A stretch of 64,000 bases of DNA, from positions 5,766,001-5,830,000 of the forward strand of contig NC_043015.1 of NCBI RefSeq assembly GCF_006345805.1, read 5' to 3'. The notes under the pieces are model-generated. The model made no database searches, was not told where the DNA came from, and saw only the letters and a list, made by a program, of their open reading frames with translations. A program made the position numbers and the translations under genes. This DNA comes from Octopus sinensis (Eukaryota). Below, one piece after another: positions 15,125 to 26,953 of this stretch (position 1 is its first letter; each line of letters begins with the position of its first letter).

Positions 15125-16338
15125 ATAAATAAAATAAAACATATGCATATATATAAACATATATGTACGTACCTACCTCTACATGTACATATACACGCAT
15201 ATATGAGTACAGGACACCAAAATGACGTCGAACACAATGAGAAACGAAAACATAGACACAAACCAAAGGAACTGGACATTTTTTTAAAACAGCAAAAAAC
15301 AAATAGAGTACAGGACAATTAACACAAAGAAAAAACCCTTCTTCAGTCGCTATGGTTTCATCTACTCTACGTTTCGAAGGATAAAAGCGAGACGTATCTT
15401 CGACAAGAAACTTTCCTTCCTGCGAAAAGCAAATCAATTAAAATTCTGAGATCTTTTCGCAGAGGGGTAAAAAATGGTAACAAAAACAGGACAGTAACGA
15501 CAGTACAAATTATAAACAGTAAAAGACAGGACAAGGAAAAACATGATAAGAAGGGCTGTTAACGCCGAACGAAAAAAAGTATTGCGAACGCGGAATTTTT
15601 TATGAACGACGAGCGGAGCAAAAAGAATGTCGTCCATTACCTTGAGAGGGCCAGGCCAGAGAGACAGCAGCGGAAGTCACATCGCGGGTGAACGACGGGA
15701 AGGGAGGAGGAGGAGCAAGAGAAAGGGAGAGAAGAAGGGGAATGGCTGCGAGGAAACCATGAAGAATGGAGAGGGGGAGAGAGAGAGTGCAGAGTGAGAG
15801 AGAGGAAGATATACAGAAAGGGCTTCTTTCAGTTTCCGTCAACAAAATCCACTCATGAGGCTCTGGTTAGCCCGATGCTATTGTAGGAGACATTTGCCCA
15901 AAGTGCCATGCAGTGAGACTGACCCCTGAACGATATGGTTGGGAAGTAAGTACCAGTGAGGTTTAAAATTTACTACAGCTGTTTCAGTACCATTTTACTG
16001 ATGCGCAACATCGTAGCATATTTTCTCCATCTTCAGCTAAAATTTCAAAGACATATACAGGCAAGCTAAAACTAGAAGATTCATAAACATGATAAACTAG
16101 TTATTTTTTTAATTGAATTTATAGATAGCTCACTTTTATGAATCTTCATACTTGTGTATGTATACGTATGTATGTGGGTGTGGATGTACATCCAATTATG
16201 CATCTGTGTGCGTGTGTATGACGATGTGACTGGGTTTGTGTAAGTATATATAGTGTGTCTACATAAGTAAAATTATAAACTGATACGAGTTTCTATGTAT
16301 AGTTGAGCAAAATTACAAACTGGTACATGTATATATGT

Positions 16339-16650
16339 GGAGGCGCAATGGCCCAGTGGTTAGGGCAGCTGACTCGCGGTCGGAGGATCGCGGTTTCGAT
16401 TCCCAGACCGAGCGTTGTGTGTGTTTATTGAGCGAAAACACCTAAAAGCTCCACGAAGCTCCTGCAGGGGGTGGTGATCCCTGCTGTACTCTTTCACCAC
16501 TCTTCCTCCCACTCTTTCTTCTGTTGGCCTGCTCACTTAGCCAGCGGGGTGGCGTCATTCAAAGGCTAACACAATGCGAACGCATTGTGACCAGCGATGT
16601 GTAACAACATATGATGGTCTGGTCGGTCACGTGATCACGTGATCACGTGT
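16339..16650 (+). mobile_element. SINE family A, tail type 2
   Basis: GGAGGCGCAATGGCCCAGTGGTTAGG..GGTTTCGATTCC head, ending in (CACGTGAT)n. Confidence 0.88.
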
Positions 16651-17344
16651 ATATATATGTATGCTCTAGCTTCGAACTCATGGCGACAGTTTATGTCATT
16701 CGATACCAGAATCTGAGATGTAATCTTCTTTTATCTCCTACTGTAAACTCGGGACGATCAAAGACTTGTAAGTAGATTTGGCAGACGGAAACTGAAAGAA
16801 GCCCGTCATATATGCGTGTGTGTGTGTGTGTGTGTTTGTGTGATTGTATGTGTCTGTTTCTGTGTCTGTTTGTGTATGTGTGTGTCTTTCTGTCTGTGTT
16901 TGTCCCCACCACCTCTTCACAACCAGTGTTTACGGCTGTTCGGCCAAAGGACATGATAGAATGAGCAGCTGCCTTAAAATAAATAAGTACTGCTGTCAAT
17001 TATTGACATAATAATGACTAAAATGATTAGGACAAAATCTAAAAGAAAGAAATCTCGATTGAACCAATGTAAGTCCTTTGGCTACTTAAAACTCAGCATC
17101 CAGCTGGACGTCATCACACTAGATAAGAAGATTCGAAATACAGTTCTTGCCGATGAGATAATTGTTTGGGGCTAATTCTGCTGCAAGTATCAAAAGCTCT
17201 GGAACAAAATATTTATATGAATACTCTCTGTGTTACACTGTAACTTCTCACTGCAAGTTCTAGGATCGAATCAGATTAGAGCAGAAGTTCAAAAGGCAGT
17301 GAAGCTTCGGTTAATGAATTAAGTGACATTACTACCTGAATGGT

Positions 17345-17640
17345 GGAGGCACTTGGCCTAGTGGTTAGAGCAGCGGACTCGCGGTCGATGGATCACGGGT
17401 TCGAATCTCAGACCGGGTGATGCGTATGTTTATGAGCGAAACACCTAAGCTCTACGCGATTCGGTAGAAAGTAATGGCGAACTTCTGCTGACTCTTTCGC
17501 CACAACTTTCTCTCACTCTTTCCTCTTGCAGCTCACCTGCGACGGACCGGCGTTCCGTCCAGGTGGGGAACCTATACACCAAGAAAGCCGGGCAACCGGC
17601 CCTAATGAGCCACGGGTGGCTCTAGAAGGATTACACAAAA
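17345..17640 (+). mobile_element. SINE family A-related, tail type 3
   Basis: tRNA head GGTTCGAATC. Tail shared with 56239. Confidence 0.85.
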
Positions 17641-19719
17641 AAAAAGAAATCAACTACTTGAATGATATATAATTTATAGTGATACGATATACAATATATT
17701 TTTTTCTAGTTTAAGCTCAGAGCTGTGGCCATGTTGATGCACCGCCGTTTTGTGCTACACCGTTATTACTAAGAGCCTCCTCTAATATGTGGCACTTGGT
17801 GAAGAATGGAGTTTGATACAGCTACCCTGATTTGTACCTCTTGCCGTAAGGTAGGTTCATCTGGTACTCTCAACAGGAAGGGGTCAAGCTTTGATTTAAA
17901 AACCCCCTACATCTACTTTGTGCAAGTTCCTCAGACTCTATAGGAGAATATTGAAAAGATGTGGGCCCTTGAAACCCAGACTGTTGCAGTAGCTGGTCCT
18001 GAAGCGTGATGACATTGCTGGGATCTTTGGCACTATGCAGTGTCGTCCCGTTCTGGCATTGGTGTAGCTTTCAATGCCAAAGTATATATATATACAGAAA
18101 GGAAGGAAATGTGGGCTTTATTTTTTCATTAAATGAATAGTCTATTTAAATTGCTCTTGATGGTAGAGATATTTCTCATCTAAAAAGAACGCACGAAGGG
18201 TACAGTTTAGGGTAAATCGGATATCTTCTTGAAATAAGGGTTTTTTTTTTAAATCAAAAGAAGAAGAAAGATAAACGTAAGCTTATAGCAGCCGATACGA
18301 TTTCCTTTTTCGTCTCATCCACGATCGCAGATACTATGATAAATTGCTTAGCATTACGATAAATTTGCATTTAAACTTAACATATGATAGATCTTATTAC
18401 ACATTGCTCCGCTTGATGTAACGGAATTAAAATTAGACATTATAGTTACTGTGCAACACAAGAGTTGACAATGTGCTAACAGATTGTAGTCAGCATAATT
18501 GTTCAATAAATTATCAATGTTGCAATGAAGAGAAGAGATCATATGCTCAATGACTAAGGTTAATTTAATATTAAATTAACATTTGTTCTAGAAATAATGT
18601 ATTCATCGCCTCCTTGCATGATTAATTGTACTTTTAATTTATTAAAACTTCGTAGATGATGTCCATTTATCTGCAACAGATTCGATTAAAATAAGTCATT
18701 AAGCCCTTAGTTTCACCTTCCCATCACAACAGAGGCATTCAGTGATTGAAATATCTTGGTTTACGACTTAAAATCACTCTGGCAACTATTTGTTATAATC
18801 GTGTTGGTATTCCCAGTTAATTATGTTGTCATTATGCTACGCACTCTCAAAGAAGATGTGGCAAACTTTGAAAAACACAACGACTAATAAAGATATATAT
18901 ACCATACAAGATACGTTTCTCACTTATCAAAACGATTTCTCTTTGATAGAAGGTAAGTCTAATAGCGAGTGCAGCCGACATCGAATCAGAAATGAATATG
19001 ATCTCGAGACCCGAGAACTGACTTTGTATTAAGGACGTTATGAGAGGCATTAGAGTGGACAACAGTTACAAATAGATAAAAACTACAAATGAATCGACTA
19101 CACATCTTGTACAATAGTTATACGATATATACCGAAAGTATTGTAATGTGGACGGTTTAAATTACACGCGGTAATACAGTCTTCTTTTATATTATACTTA
19201 CTTCCTATTCTTTTCATTACAAGCAGATGATGGGCTCAAGAAGAAGCAGAAAGCCACTGTAGGGTCCGTAATCATACAGGTCTACTAAAGGCTACAGGTT
19301 ATTTAGGGAGTTCACACCGCTAGCAAACTCAATGCGCACAGACGAAGTTTACGTACGGGGGAAAGAGCTTAGAAGTCAAATGACACTGCGGTCTTTGGCA
19401 TGAATGGATAGCGAATAGACAAATTGATTCGCGAGGGAGGCGAATCGCCATCCTTCAGGTTACCACATAGATGGTCTATGGATATAATGTGTTATAGTGG
19501 AAGATTTTAGTTAAGGGAGGGTGTGTGCAAAAAGGTTCGTTCGGCAATTGGCCCTTAATTTTAAGAGAGTAAATAATAATATTCCACTCTGAGATGCTGA
19601 AAGTGTTTGAAGCTAAAGAAGAAATACTTTGGGGGATCTGGAGAAAATGGATGAAATACGAGCGCGTATTTCTTATCCAGAAACCCTGCCCATAGATGGT
19701 GTTTCTCCTCTTCTCTTTA

Positions 19720-19920
19720 ATATAAGATGTTTAGGAGACAGCGATAGGCAGTACACAATTTCATGTGAGAAATTAGGTGAACATGGCTAATATGAAATTG
19801 TTAAAGTACAGACAACCCAACAATTTTCAACGAGAGTTTGAGAAGTGTATTCATAGATGGCTACAAAGCATCACTTAGAATATGTATCAAGCTGAACGGT
19901 GTAGTTCTATAGAAAAATTG
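19720..19920 (+). mobile_element. Possible Tc1/mariner C-terminal remnant
   Basis: FQREFEKCIHRW-like word only. Confidence 0.3.
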
Positions 19921-20059
19921 CTATTCCACTTAAATTTTCGTTGTTAGGTAATTGTCTCTGTGTGAATTTATTCGTTTATGAGTGTGTGTGTGTGTGTGTG
20001 CACGCGTGCGTGTGTGTGTATGTATGTGTGTGTGAACAGTTGGACAGTTATATCGATGA

Positions 20060-20870
20060 TACATCATAAATGACAGGTGAACAAATCTTTGCAGGGTTTG
20101 ATAGGTTCTTCCCTAAAGCACATACATAGCATTGTATCTTCAAGAAGCACATAGGGAAAGTATCGTACAATATATGCGACAATATGGAGTACTACATGCA
20201 CAAATACAACAATAAAAATACATACATACAAACAACGACCAGATACAAGGAACAAACAGATCAAATCAACACAGGGAATAGGAACAATAACAAAAAATTA
20301 ACACAATGAAATAAAAAAAACATAGATCGCGAAAGCGACAGTTATAATAGGATTCAAGCAAAAACTCAACAAAGGAATGAATACAACAGGCTATTACATC
20401 AAGAGCACTTCAGAAATTGCTAATCAACCGAAAAATCACAAAAACAAAAAGTTGCCTGATAATAACAAAAATTATAATAGTGTAAATAATTGCAGCTGTC
20501 ACAGGAAATCTGCATGTCCGCACAGGAACCAATGTATGCAAAAAAACATGTTATGCAAATGCACAATCACCACACCATAACACAAAAACGTATACATAGG
20601 AGCCTCCGAAAGCCAAGTTAAGGTCCGTTATCGCAACCATATCATCTCATGCCGAAAGATAACCTGGTGACTCGTAACATCACTGCGGACCCTAAATAGA
20701 GATTAAAGGAAGGAAAATAAAATACCAAATCGAATGGTCAAAAAGAAAAAGAAAAACTAAAATACACTATCCGATGTATGTGACCTGTGCCTTGAAGAAG
20801 TCTTGTGCTTCCTGTTAAGTAACGAAAATTTGGTAAACACACATGCTGAGAAAATATTCATTTTCAAGAT
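20060..20870 (+). mobile_element. Decayed Penelope-like element fragment (linker + GIY-YIG)
   Basis: Broken frames read GLDRFFPKAH..KVSYNICDNM, NCSCHRKSACPHRNQCMQKN, IGASESQVKVRYRNH and CDLCLEE..LVN, paralleling the intact ORF. Confidence 0.75.
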
Positions 20871-21869
20871 TCAGCTCTGTGAAATATTAATAATAATTCA
20901 GTGAAATCTCTTCCTCTCCTATTCATCCCTATCCATGTTTGCGTTTGTCGGATTGTATTTCTCTCTGTATATACACGTATGTGCGCTTGTCCGCGTATTT
21001 ACAATGTATGAATGTATGAATCTACATAAGAAAATGTATGTGTATATATATATATGCTTACTAGTGTAACTATGTCTATATATGTGTATGTATGTGAATG
21101 CGCGCACATATCCTTATATGTGGGTGTGTGTGTATGTAAGTATGTCTATGTATATGTGGATGTATGTATATATATATGTATATGTGTGTGTGTGTGTTTG
21201 TGTATATATATGTATGTGTATGCGCATATGTGTGTATATATAGATACATATATCTTTATGTATGTATGTATTATGTATGTATATATGCATGTGTGTGCGT
21301 ATGTATGTATGTGTCTGAACGTTGAATCTAAAAAGCGAGCTGAGAACAATAGGATATGTAAGCAACCATGAAGAACAAATCAGCATTACAAAGAAATAAA
21401 ATACCAATTCCTTTACAACGGCAACCACTTGTGCCAACAGCACCATAATCACCTGCGCATTCAAAGCAGTTTGCCGACGGCCCTTCGGCAAAAGCACACC
21501 CTGTTAAGCTCAGAAACTACTCATAAATTCATGCAACGATGTCCTTGAAGCAGGGGATTTTAAACTTACGGAGACAATATATACATATCGCCTGAAGAAA
21601 CACAACTTGATCTCATAATGCAGGGAAACAGTTGCATAATCAAGTACCTGCACACCTGGAGAAATACGTTGACTGGAAACAATTGTAGTAATTAAAAAAG
21701 AAATGTACAACCGTACCTCTTCTTGTTTGACTCCAAATTTTTCAATTATCTATTCGCGCACGACAGATGCCCAAACGCATAATTAGAACAGGGTAGATCT
21801 GGAGGGCGAGTTGTATACTGTACTTGACTACGTTCTTAACAGAATATACCATAACTCCATATGTATACG

Positions 21870-21903
<34 letters not shown>

Positions 21904-22101
21904 ATATTGTGAAATAGAAAGATGAATAATCTTGTTGCAGATTAATCAAAAGTTTAACCGATACCTTGGTAGCAGAAGACAGCACGGTTGGAGGTACAAC
22001 CCTATGGTGTTGCAACCGTGCGTTGGTGCGGATAATTGAATTTTAATATTATTAGTGAATTGAAGAAATGGAGTTGAACGAAGATTGAACAGAAATCGTT
22101 T

Positions 22102-22194
22102 TATTGCATTCTACACGTGTTTCGAAAGGCACAATTTACCAAATTCCGATTGAATAAGGAGACCATATTGTGTCTTTCTCTTCAGGAAGAAATA
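22102..22194 (-). ncRNA. Type I hammerhead ribozyme in the 3' pseudo-LTR (sense to the PLE ORF)
   Basis: Minus strand: ..TTC-CTGAAGA-GAAAGACACAAT..ATTGTGCCTTTC-GAAAC-ACGT-GTA/GAA. Complete core, G-C closing stem II, palindromic short stem III ACACGTGT. Predicted cut between 22112 and 22111. Confidence 0.85.
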
Positions 22195-22759
22195 GGAAAT
22201 CCGTTGGAAAAAACAAAAACAGAACAGAGGCGGAGCAAAACAAATCGAACGAGGCTCCTAAGAGCCCATGGCCAAACTGTTTATCAATGTATGTTGAAAA
22301 CGGGTGGTGGGTGCGTTGAAGATTTTAACGGGTCAGGCAGCGGTCATTCCAGTGGGTGAGAGCACGGGGTGCTTAGATGTTCTTTGTGACCGAGACTAAA
22401 GTTCTGACTATTTAAAGAATATTAGGTGTATTATATGGGGCGAGCCAAAATCTACTTAGAAACATGTGTGTGTGTACGTAAACAGCCCTACACAATGGTC
22501 ACTGCTGTAAAATCAGTAATGGTCACTGCTGTAAAATCAGTCGGGCGGCAGAAAAATATTTTATGTGTGCGTGTGTTCGTCTAATCATGCCTTGTCAAAG
22601 AAACCCCCCGTCGTCAAAAACAAACCACCATTCGTCTCCCAGGAGTAATTCCCCTTGCAATGGTTAATCATATTTCTCTTAAAAGCTATTTCAGAATTTA
22701 TTTCCAAGGGCTATTTTCATATAAGTAGTGCAACCGGGTGCAGGTATTATTTATAAGCG

Positions 22760-25474
22760 TTATTTATAAGCAAGATAAGTAAAAAGCCGCCAATGGGGGC
22801 ATCGAAAAGCCGACTGTAAAAGTCCGTTTACCATCCGGTCTCTGGTGAAAAATATATGGAAGAGTTCGGAGACACAAAGGTTGCACTTCCTTCTGCCCCT
22901 GTCAAATGGGAGGGCCACCGACAAAATTGACCATTCCAGTCTGTAGCTTGAGTTCGTATTCTTCAATCGCCATATTAGCTTGCTAAGTCCCGTGGTCTGG
23001 CATTTATTCACGTCTCGAAAAGTTGCGTAATGGTTGGAGATTCGTGAGGCCAATCTTGACGATGAGGCCCCGACATAAGCGTAGACATCTGAGTCCGTGT
23101 AAACCTTACATTCGTAGACGGCGTTTCTGATCTTGGAGTTCACCGACGTGAACCTTATTCTATTAGGATTAGTTTCTGAAATTAGAACTGCGTTACTGTT
23201 ACTATATTTGTTGCGAGAACTGCAGCCGCTTACTACTTTATTTTCCACTACGTCACTATTAACTAACGGAATAACCCCTGAATCTACACCATCACTCAGA
23301 GTGCTGTCATTGCTAGTGCCCGTGGTGCTGCTATTGCCGGAAACGATGCTGGAGTTGCTATTGGGACTCTCTACCCTAACGAGCCGAGCTGCCCTCACCT
23401 CACTACTGCCATCGTTACCGTCAATGACATCACCCTTATTTATAACTATACCCCTAGTATCTAATCCCTGGTTGGAGCTGAGATTATGAGTCACTGTACT
23501 GGCTCTCATATCATTATTACTACTATTATTATTCCTACTGAGCGTTAAACCGGGAGCGGAAGAAGCTGTGCCTCCGGAAAGAGGTGATAGGGTCTTAGTA
23601 AGCAGCCTATTATTATGGGAGGCGATTATCTGGGCGAGGTTTTTAGTTTTGGAGAAAGCTATCCTAACTTTATGCGAGTTAACCGTGGAGTAATATTTGG
23701 AATTTCTGGGGAAGTTATTGGCGATGGCTTGTCGAAACATGAGGGGGAGGTTAGTTCTAATCTGCTTACCAAAGGGAATTACAAACCATATATGATTATT
23801 CCTATTTATGTGATGGGTCGGGACGCCAGCTCTCGCATTCGGGTGGGTGATTCTCGGATGAATAACGGGTTTTGGGTTAGTGTGAGATCCCCCGGACCGA
23901 TAATTATCCTTGTTCGCTAAATTAAATGCGGGAGCGACTGCCCCAGCACCCGCCGCTCTCCCGTCACTACTTAAATTATTAATGTTATTATAGACGGCCC
24001 TATCCTGATGACCGAATGATGGCATCGGAAGGGCCGGATCCATATAAATTACCTTCTGCCTATAACCGGCCTTGGATAGTGCGGCGTTATAAAATTCCGC
24101 TTTCTGCATAAAAATATCGGCACTAGCGGACAAGCCAGACAATCTTAGAGAGATGTTTTTAACCAAATTGTCTGTTACGGTTTTGGCATGATTGGAGAAG
24201 ACACTGACATAATTCAAATTAGTGGAAGGCTTATGGTAAGGGCAATATGAGTCGCTATTAAGGTTAAGTGTAACGTCTAGGAAATTAGCCTTGGTGAGTT
24301 CATTATCAAAAACTATATTCATGCCCATTCTATTAAAAAACCTAGCTAACCTGCTCTTAGTTTTCTGCACTATTCTGTTCGTGGTGTTTTGCAGGTAAAA
24401 CAGATAATCGTCACGATACAGGCCGCCCGCGATCTCCGGGAACTGGTCGGACAATTCGTAGAGAATATATATTCCGACCAAATCGGCTATCTGCGCACTA
24501 TCCGAACTACCCATAGGCACATCAAATTCATTGGAAGTATCTTTACGGATCCACAACTTATTATCAAACTTAATAAACGATTTCCTGGCAACTAAAATGA
24601 TATCTATTTCTTCTCTGGTGAGGCCAGCCTTGTTGTGAGCATGACAAAGGGCCTTATTTAGTACACTAGGGTTAATCGAGGGGTAGAAGCTGGCGATATC
24701 AAACTGAATGAACCTAGTACGGTTCTTATTGGGGATGGAAGAGAACCACTTCACTACCTGCGAGGAGTTGGCCCAGAGGCTGAGCTTCAGCTTGTTTACT
24801 AAACTAGGGATATATTTATCTAAAATGTACTTACTGATTATCCCGATATCAGAGCTAGCAGGGCATATGAGTCTTAGCGCTGGGTTTGTGTGGAAGTTCG
24901 GTTTATGGTCCTTCACTATAAATCTAGGTTGCTTAGGGCTAAGCGGCTGCGTTCTCATTTGAATTCCGTGTTTAAACATTATCTCCTTAATTTCCAAGTT
25001 TACCTTCCTCAGAGTACTCCAATTGGTTGTTCTATAATTTTTCTTGATCTCTTTACCGAGTAAATCTAGGTACTGCTTAATGGGTAGCTTGTATGTGTTC
25101 CTGGTCTTGTCGGACTGGACCAGGACTCCGTCCGTTCTATTGATGTCCTTGGTAATTTTATCTAGGTATCTGAGGTGGGCATTTCTCCTGGGTGACTTCC
25201 TAAACTTAATCTTTCTAACTATGTCCCACAAGTCGTCCTCAAACTTCTTCAGTCTTGGGTTAGGTGGCGGCGTATCCAATGTTTTAAAAAGCCGGCCATA
25301 TTCGGACGATGCTGTTGTCCGGTTCGATTTTAGATCTTCGTTCTCGTGGAAGAAAACTAGCCATCTTATCCGGTTTATGAATGCGTTGGTCTTACAAACC
25401 AACTCCTTAAGGAAGGCGTCCTTCGGTGGTATAGGAATATCCTTAAGGGACGCATCAATCTCGAACAACTCCAT
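22760..25474 (-). CDS. Penelope-like element (PLE) polyprotein: reverse transcriptase + GIY-YIG endonuclease, intact 904 aa ORF
   Basis: Uninterrupted ORF. RT motifs FDIASFYPSI, VPMGSSDSAQIADL, LYRDD, NFLDVTL. C-terminal GIY-YIG-like block AVYECKV..YAYVGASSSRLASRISNH..LSKLIW..WSIL..CNLCVSE..VN. This domain order is typical of Penelope-clade PLEs. Confidence 0.95.
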   Translation of the reverse strand: MELFEIDASLKDIPIPPKDAFLKELVCKTNAFINRIRWLVFFHENEDLKSNRTTASSEYGRLFKTLDTPPPNPRLKKFEDDLWDIVRKIKFRKSPRRNAHLRYLDKITKDINRTDGVLVQSDKTRNTYKLPIKQYLDLLGKEIKKNYRTTNWSTLRKVNLEIKEIMFKHGIQMRTQPLSPKQPRFIVKDHKPNFHTNPALRLICPASSDIGIISKYILDKYIPSLVNKLKLSLWANSSQVVKWFSSIPNKNRTRFIQFDIASFYPSINPSVLNKALCHAHNKAGLTREEIDIILVARKSFIKFDNKLWIRKDTSNEFDVPMGSSDSAQIADLVGIYILYELSDQFPEIAGGLYRDDYLFYLQNTTNRIVQKTKSRLARFFNRMGMNIVFDNELTKANFLDVTLNLNSDSYCPYHKPSTNLNYVSVFSNHAKTVTDNLVKNISLRLSGLSASADIFMQKAEFYNAALSKAGYRQKVIYMDPALPMPSFGHQDRAVYNNINNLSSDGRAAGAGAVAPAFNLANKDNYRSGGSHTNPKPVIHPRITHPNARAGVPTHHINRNNHIWFVIPFGKQIRTNLPLMFRQAIANNFPRNSKYYSTVNSHKVRIAFSKTKNLAQIIASHNNRLLTKTLSPLSGGTASSAPGLTLSRNNNSSNNDMRASTVTHNLSSNQGLDTRGIVINKGDVIDGNDGSSEVRAARLVRVESPNSNSSIVSGNSSTTGTSNDSTLSDGVDSGVIPLVNSDVVENKVVSGCSSRNKYSNSNAVLISETNPNRIRFTSVNSKIRNAVYECKVYTDSDVYAYVGASSSRLASRISNHYATFRDVNKCQTTGLSKLIWRLKNTNSSYRLEWSILSVALPFDRGRRKCNLCVSELFHIFFTRDRMVNGLLQSAFRCPHWRLFTYLAYK

Positions 25475-25762
25475 TATTGGTATCGGTTAAAATAGCAGTT
25501 TCTTGACGAAACGGTATGTATTTTGTGAAATAGAAAGATGAATAATCTTGTTGCAGATTAATCAAAAGTTTAACCGATACCTAAGCACCCCGTGCTCTCA
25601 CCCACTGGAATTACCGCTGCCTGACCCGTTAAAATCTTCAACGCACCCACCACCCGTTTTCAACATACATTGATAAACAGTTTGGCCATGGGCTCTTAGG
25701 AGCCTCGTTCGATTTGTTTTGCTCCGCCTCTGTTCTGTTTTTGTTTTTTCCAACGGATTTCC

Positions 25763-25855
25763 TATTTCTTCCTGAAGAGAAAGACACAGTATGGTCTCCT
25801 TATTCAATCGGAATTTGGTAAATTGTGCCTTTCGAAACACGTGTAGAATGCAATA
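25763..25855 (+). ncRNA. Type I hammerhead ribozyme in the inverted 5' pseudo-LTR (antisense to the ORF)
   Basis: CTGAAGA at 25772..25778, stem II GAAAGACACAGT/ATTGTGCCTTTC, GAAAC at 25834, ACGT-GTA. Predicted cut after 25845. Confidence 0.85.
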
Positions 25856-25910
25856 AAACGATTTCTCTTCAATCTTCGTTCAACTCCATTTCTTCAATTC
25901 ACTAATAATA

Positions 25911-25970
<60 letters not shown>

Positions 25971-26579
25971 AAGAATCTCTTCCTATTCAAAGAACTGACC
26001 AGCTGCAAAGATCTCAGCACATTTTTTTCTTCTTTCTCTCTTCCTTCTTCCTTTCCTTATCTTTTCCATTTACACTCATTTCAGATACAAAAGCACACAC
26101 ATGCACGCACTCTCTCGCACTTTCTCCCCATTCCTCACCCTCTTCTACTATCTTATATCTCTCTCCACCCCTGCACACTCAATAATACTATAAAAAGAGA
26201 CAAATTTCCTGAAAAAGTTCACTCTGAAGACTCCACTAGAGTGGACGCAAGCGCTAATATATATATATGATTTATAAAAACATGTGATATATTAATAAAT
26301 ATCTGTAAATATAAAACCATCCAGATTTCTGAGTACCTTATTTCTTCTAATATATATCTAAATATACGTATATAGTTAAACGGAACACACTTATTGACCT
26401 GCATCAATTACATCATGAATGAAACAATAAATCTTGCAATCATAAAAATATACATTTTTTTTAATGAAATACACGCTTGTGTGATTGTAAGTAGTGTTTC
26501 TTTTCTGCTGTTTATTTATAAACTAATGGGTTTGTGTTTTTTTGTGTGTGTGTGCTTGCGTGTTCGTATGTGTGTGTGT

Positions 26580-26823
26580 GTGTGCGTGTGTGTGCGTGTG
26601 TGTGCGTGTGTGTGCGTGTGTGTGTAGATGTCTACTTGTATACATATGAAAATTATGTAATTTACGCTCTTTTTTGCTATCGATTCTTCTCAATATACAC
26701 AAACATACGTGTGTATGTAAATGTGTATCACTATGCAGGTGTATGTATGCCTGAAGAAATGTATTCATATATATATATACTTGTTTATATATATGTATAT
26801 ATATATACATATATATATATATG

Positions 26824-26863
<40 letters not shown>

Positions 26864-26877
26864 TATATGTATATACA

Positions 26878-26953
<76 letters not shown>

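Larger units (their letters stand above)
21907..25914 (-). mobile_element. Full Penelope-like retroelement with 3' pseudo-LTR and inverted 5' pseudo-LTR, flanked by (TA)n
   Basis: 334 bp inverted repeat (22043..22376 vs 25581..25914, 3 differences seen by eye) and a 60 bp direct repeat (21907..21966 vs 25523..25582) around the ORF. TA tracts lie on both sides. Confidence 0.92.

Noticed and set aside
16339-16420. tRNA gene candidates at SINE heads
   Set aside because: A and B boxes are present, but there is no full cloverleaf and the sequence continues into SINE bodies.
23133-25490. Plus-strand ORFs of 68-148 aa inside the PLE
   Set aside because: Antisense shadows of the 904 aa ORF.
22117-25840. 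Twin 80 aa ORFs (22117..22359 + and 25598..25840 -)
   Set aside because: They lie in the inverted pseudo-LTRs antisense to the ribozyme, need a non-ATG start and have no recognisable domain.
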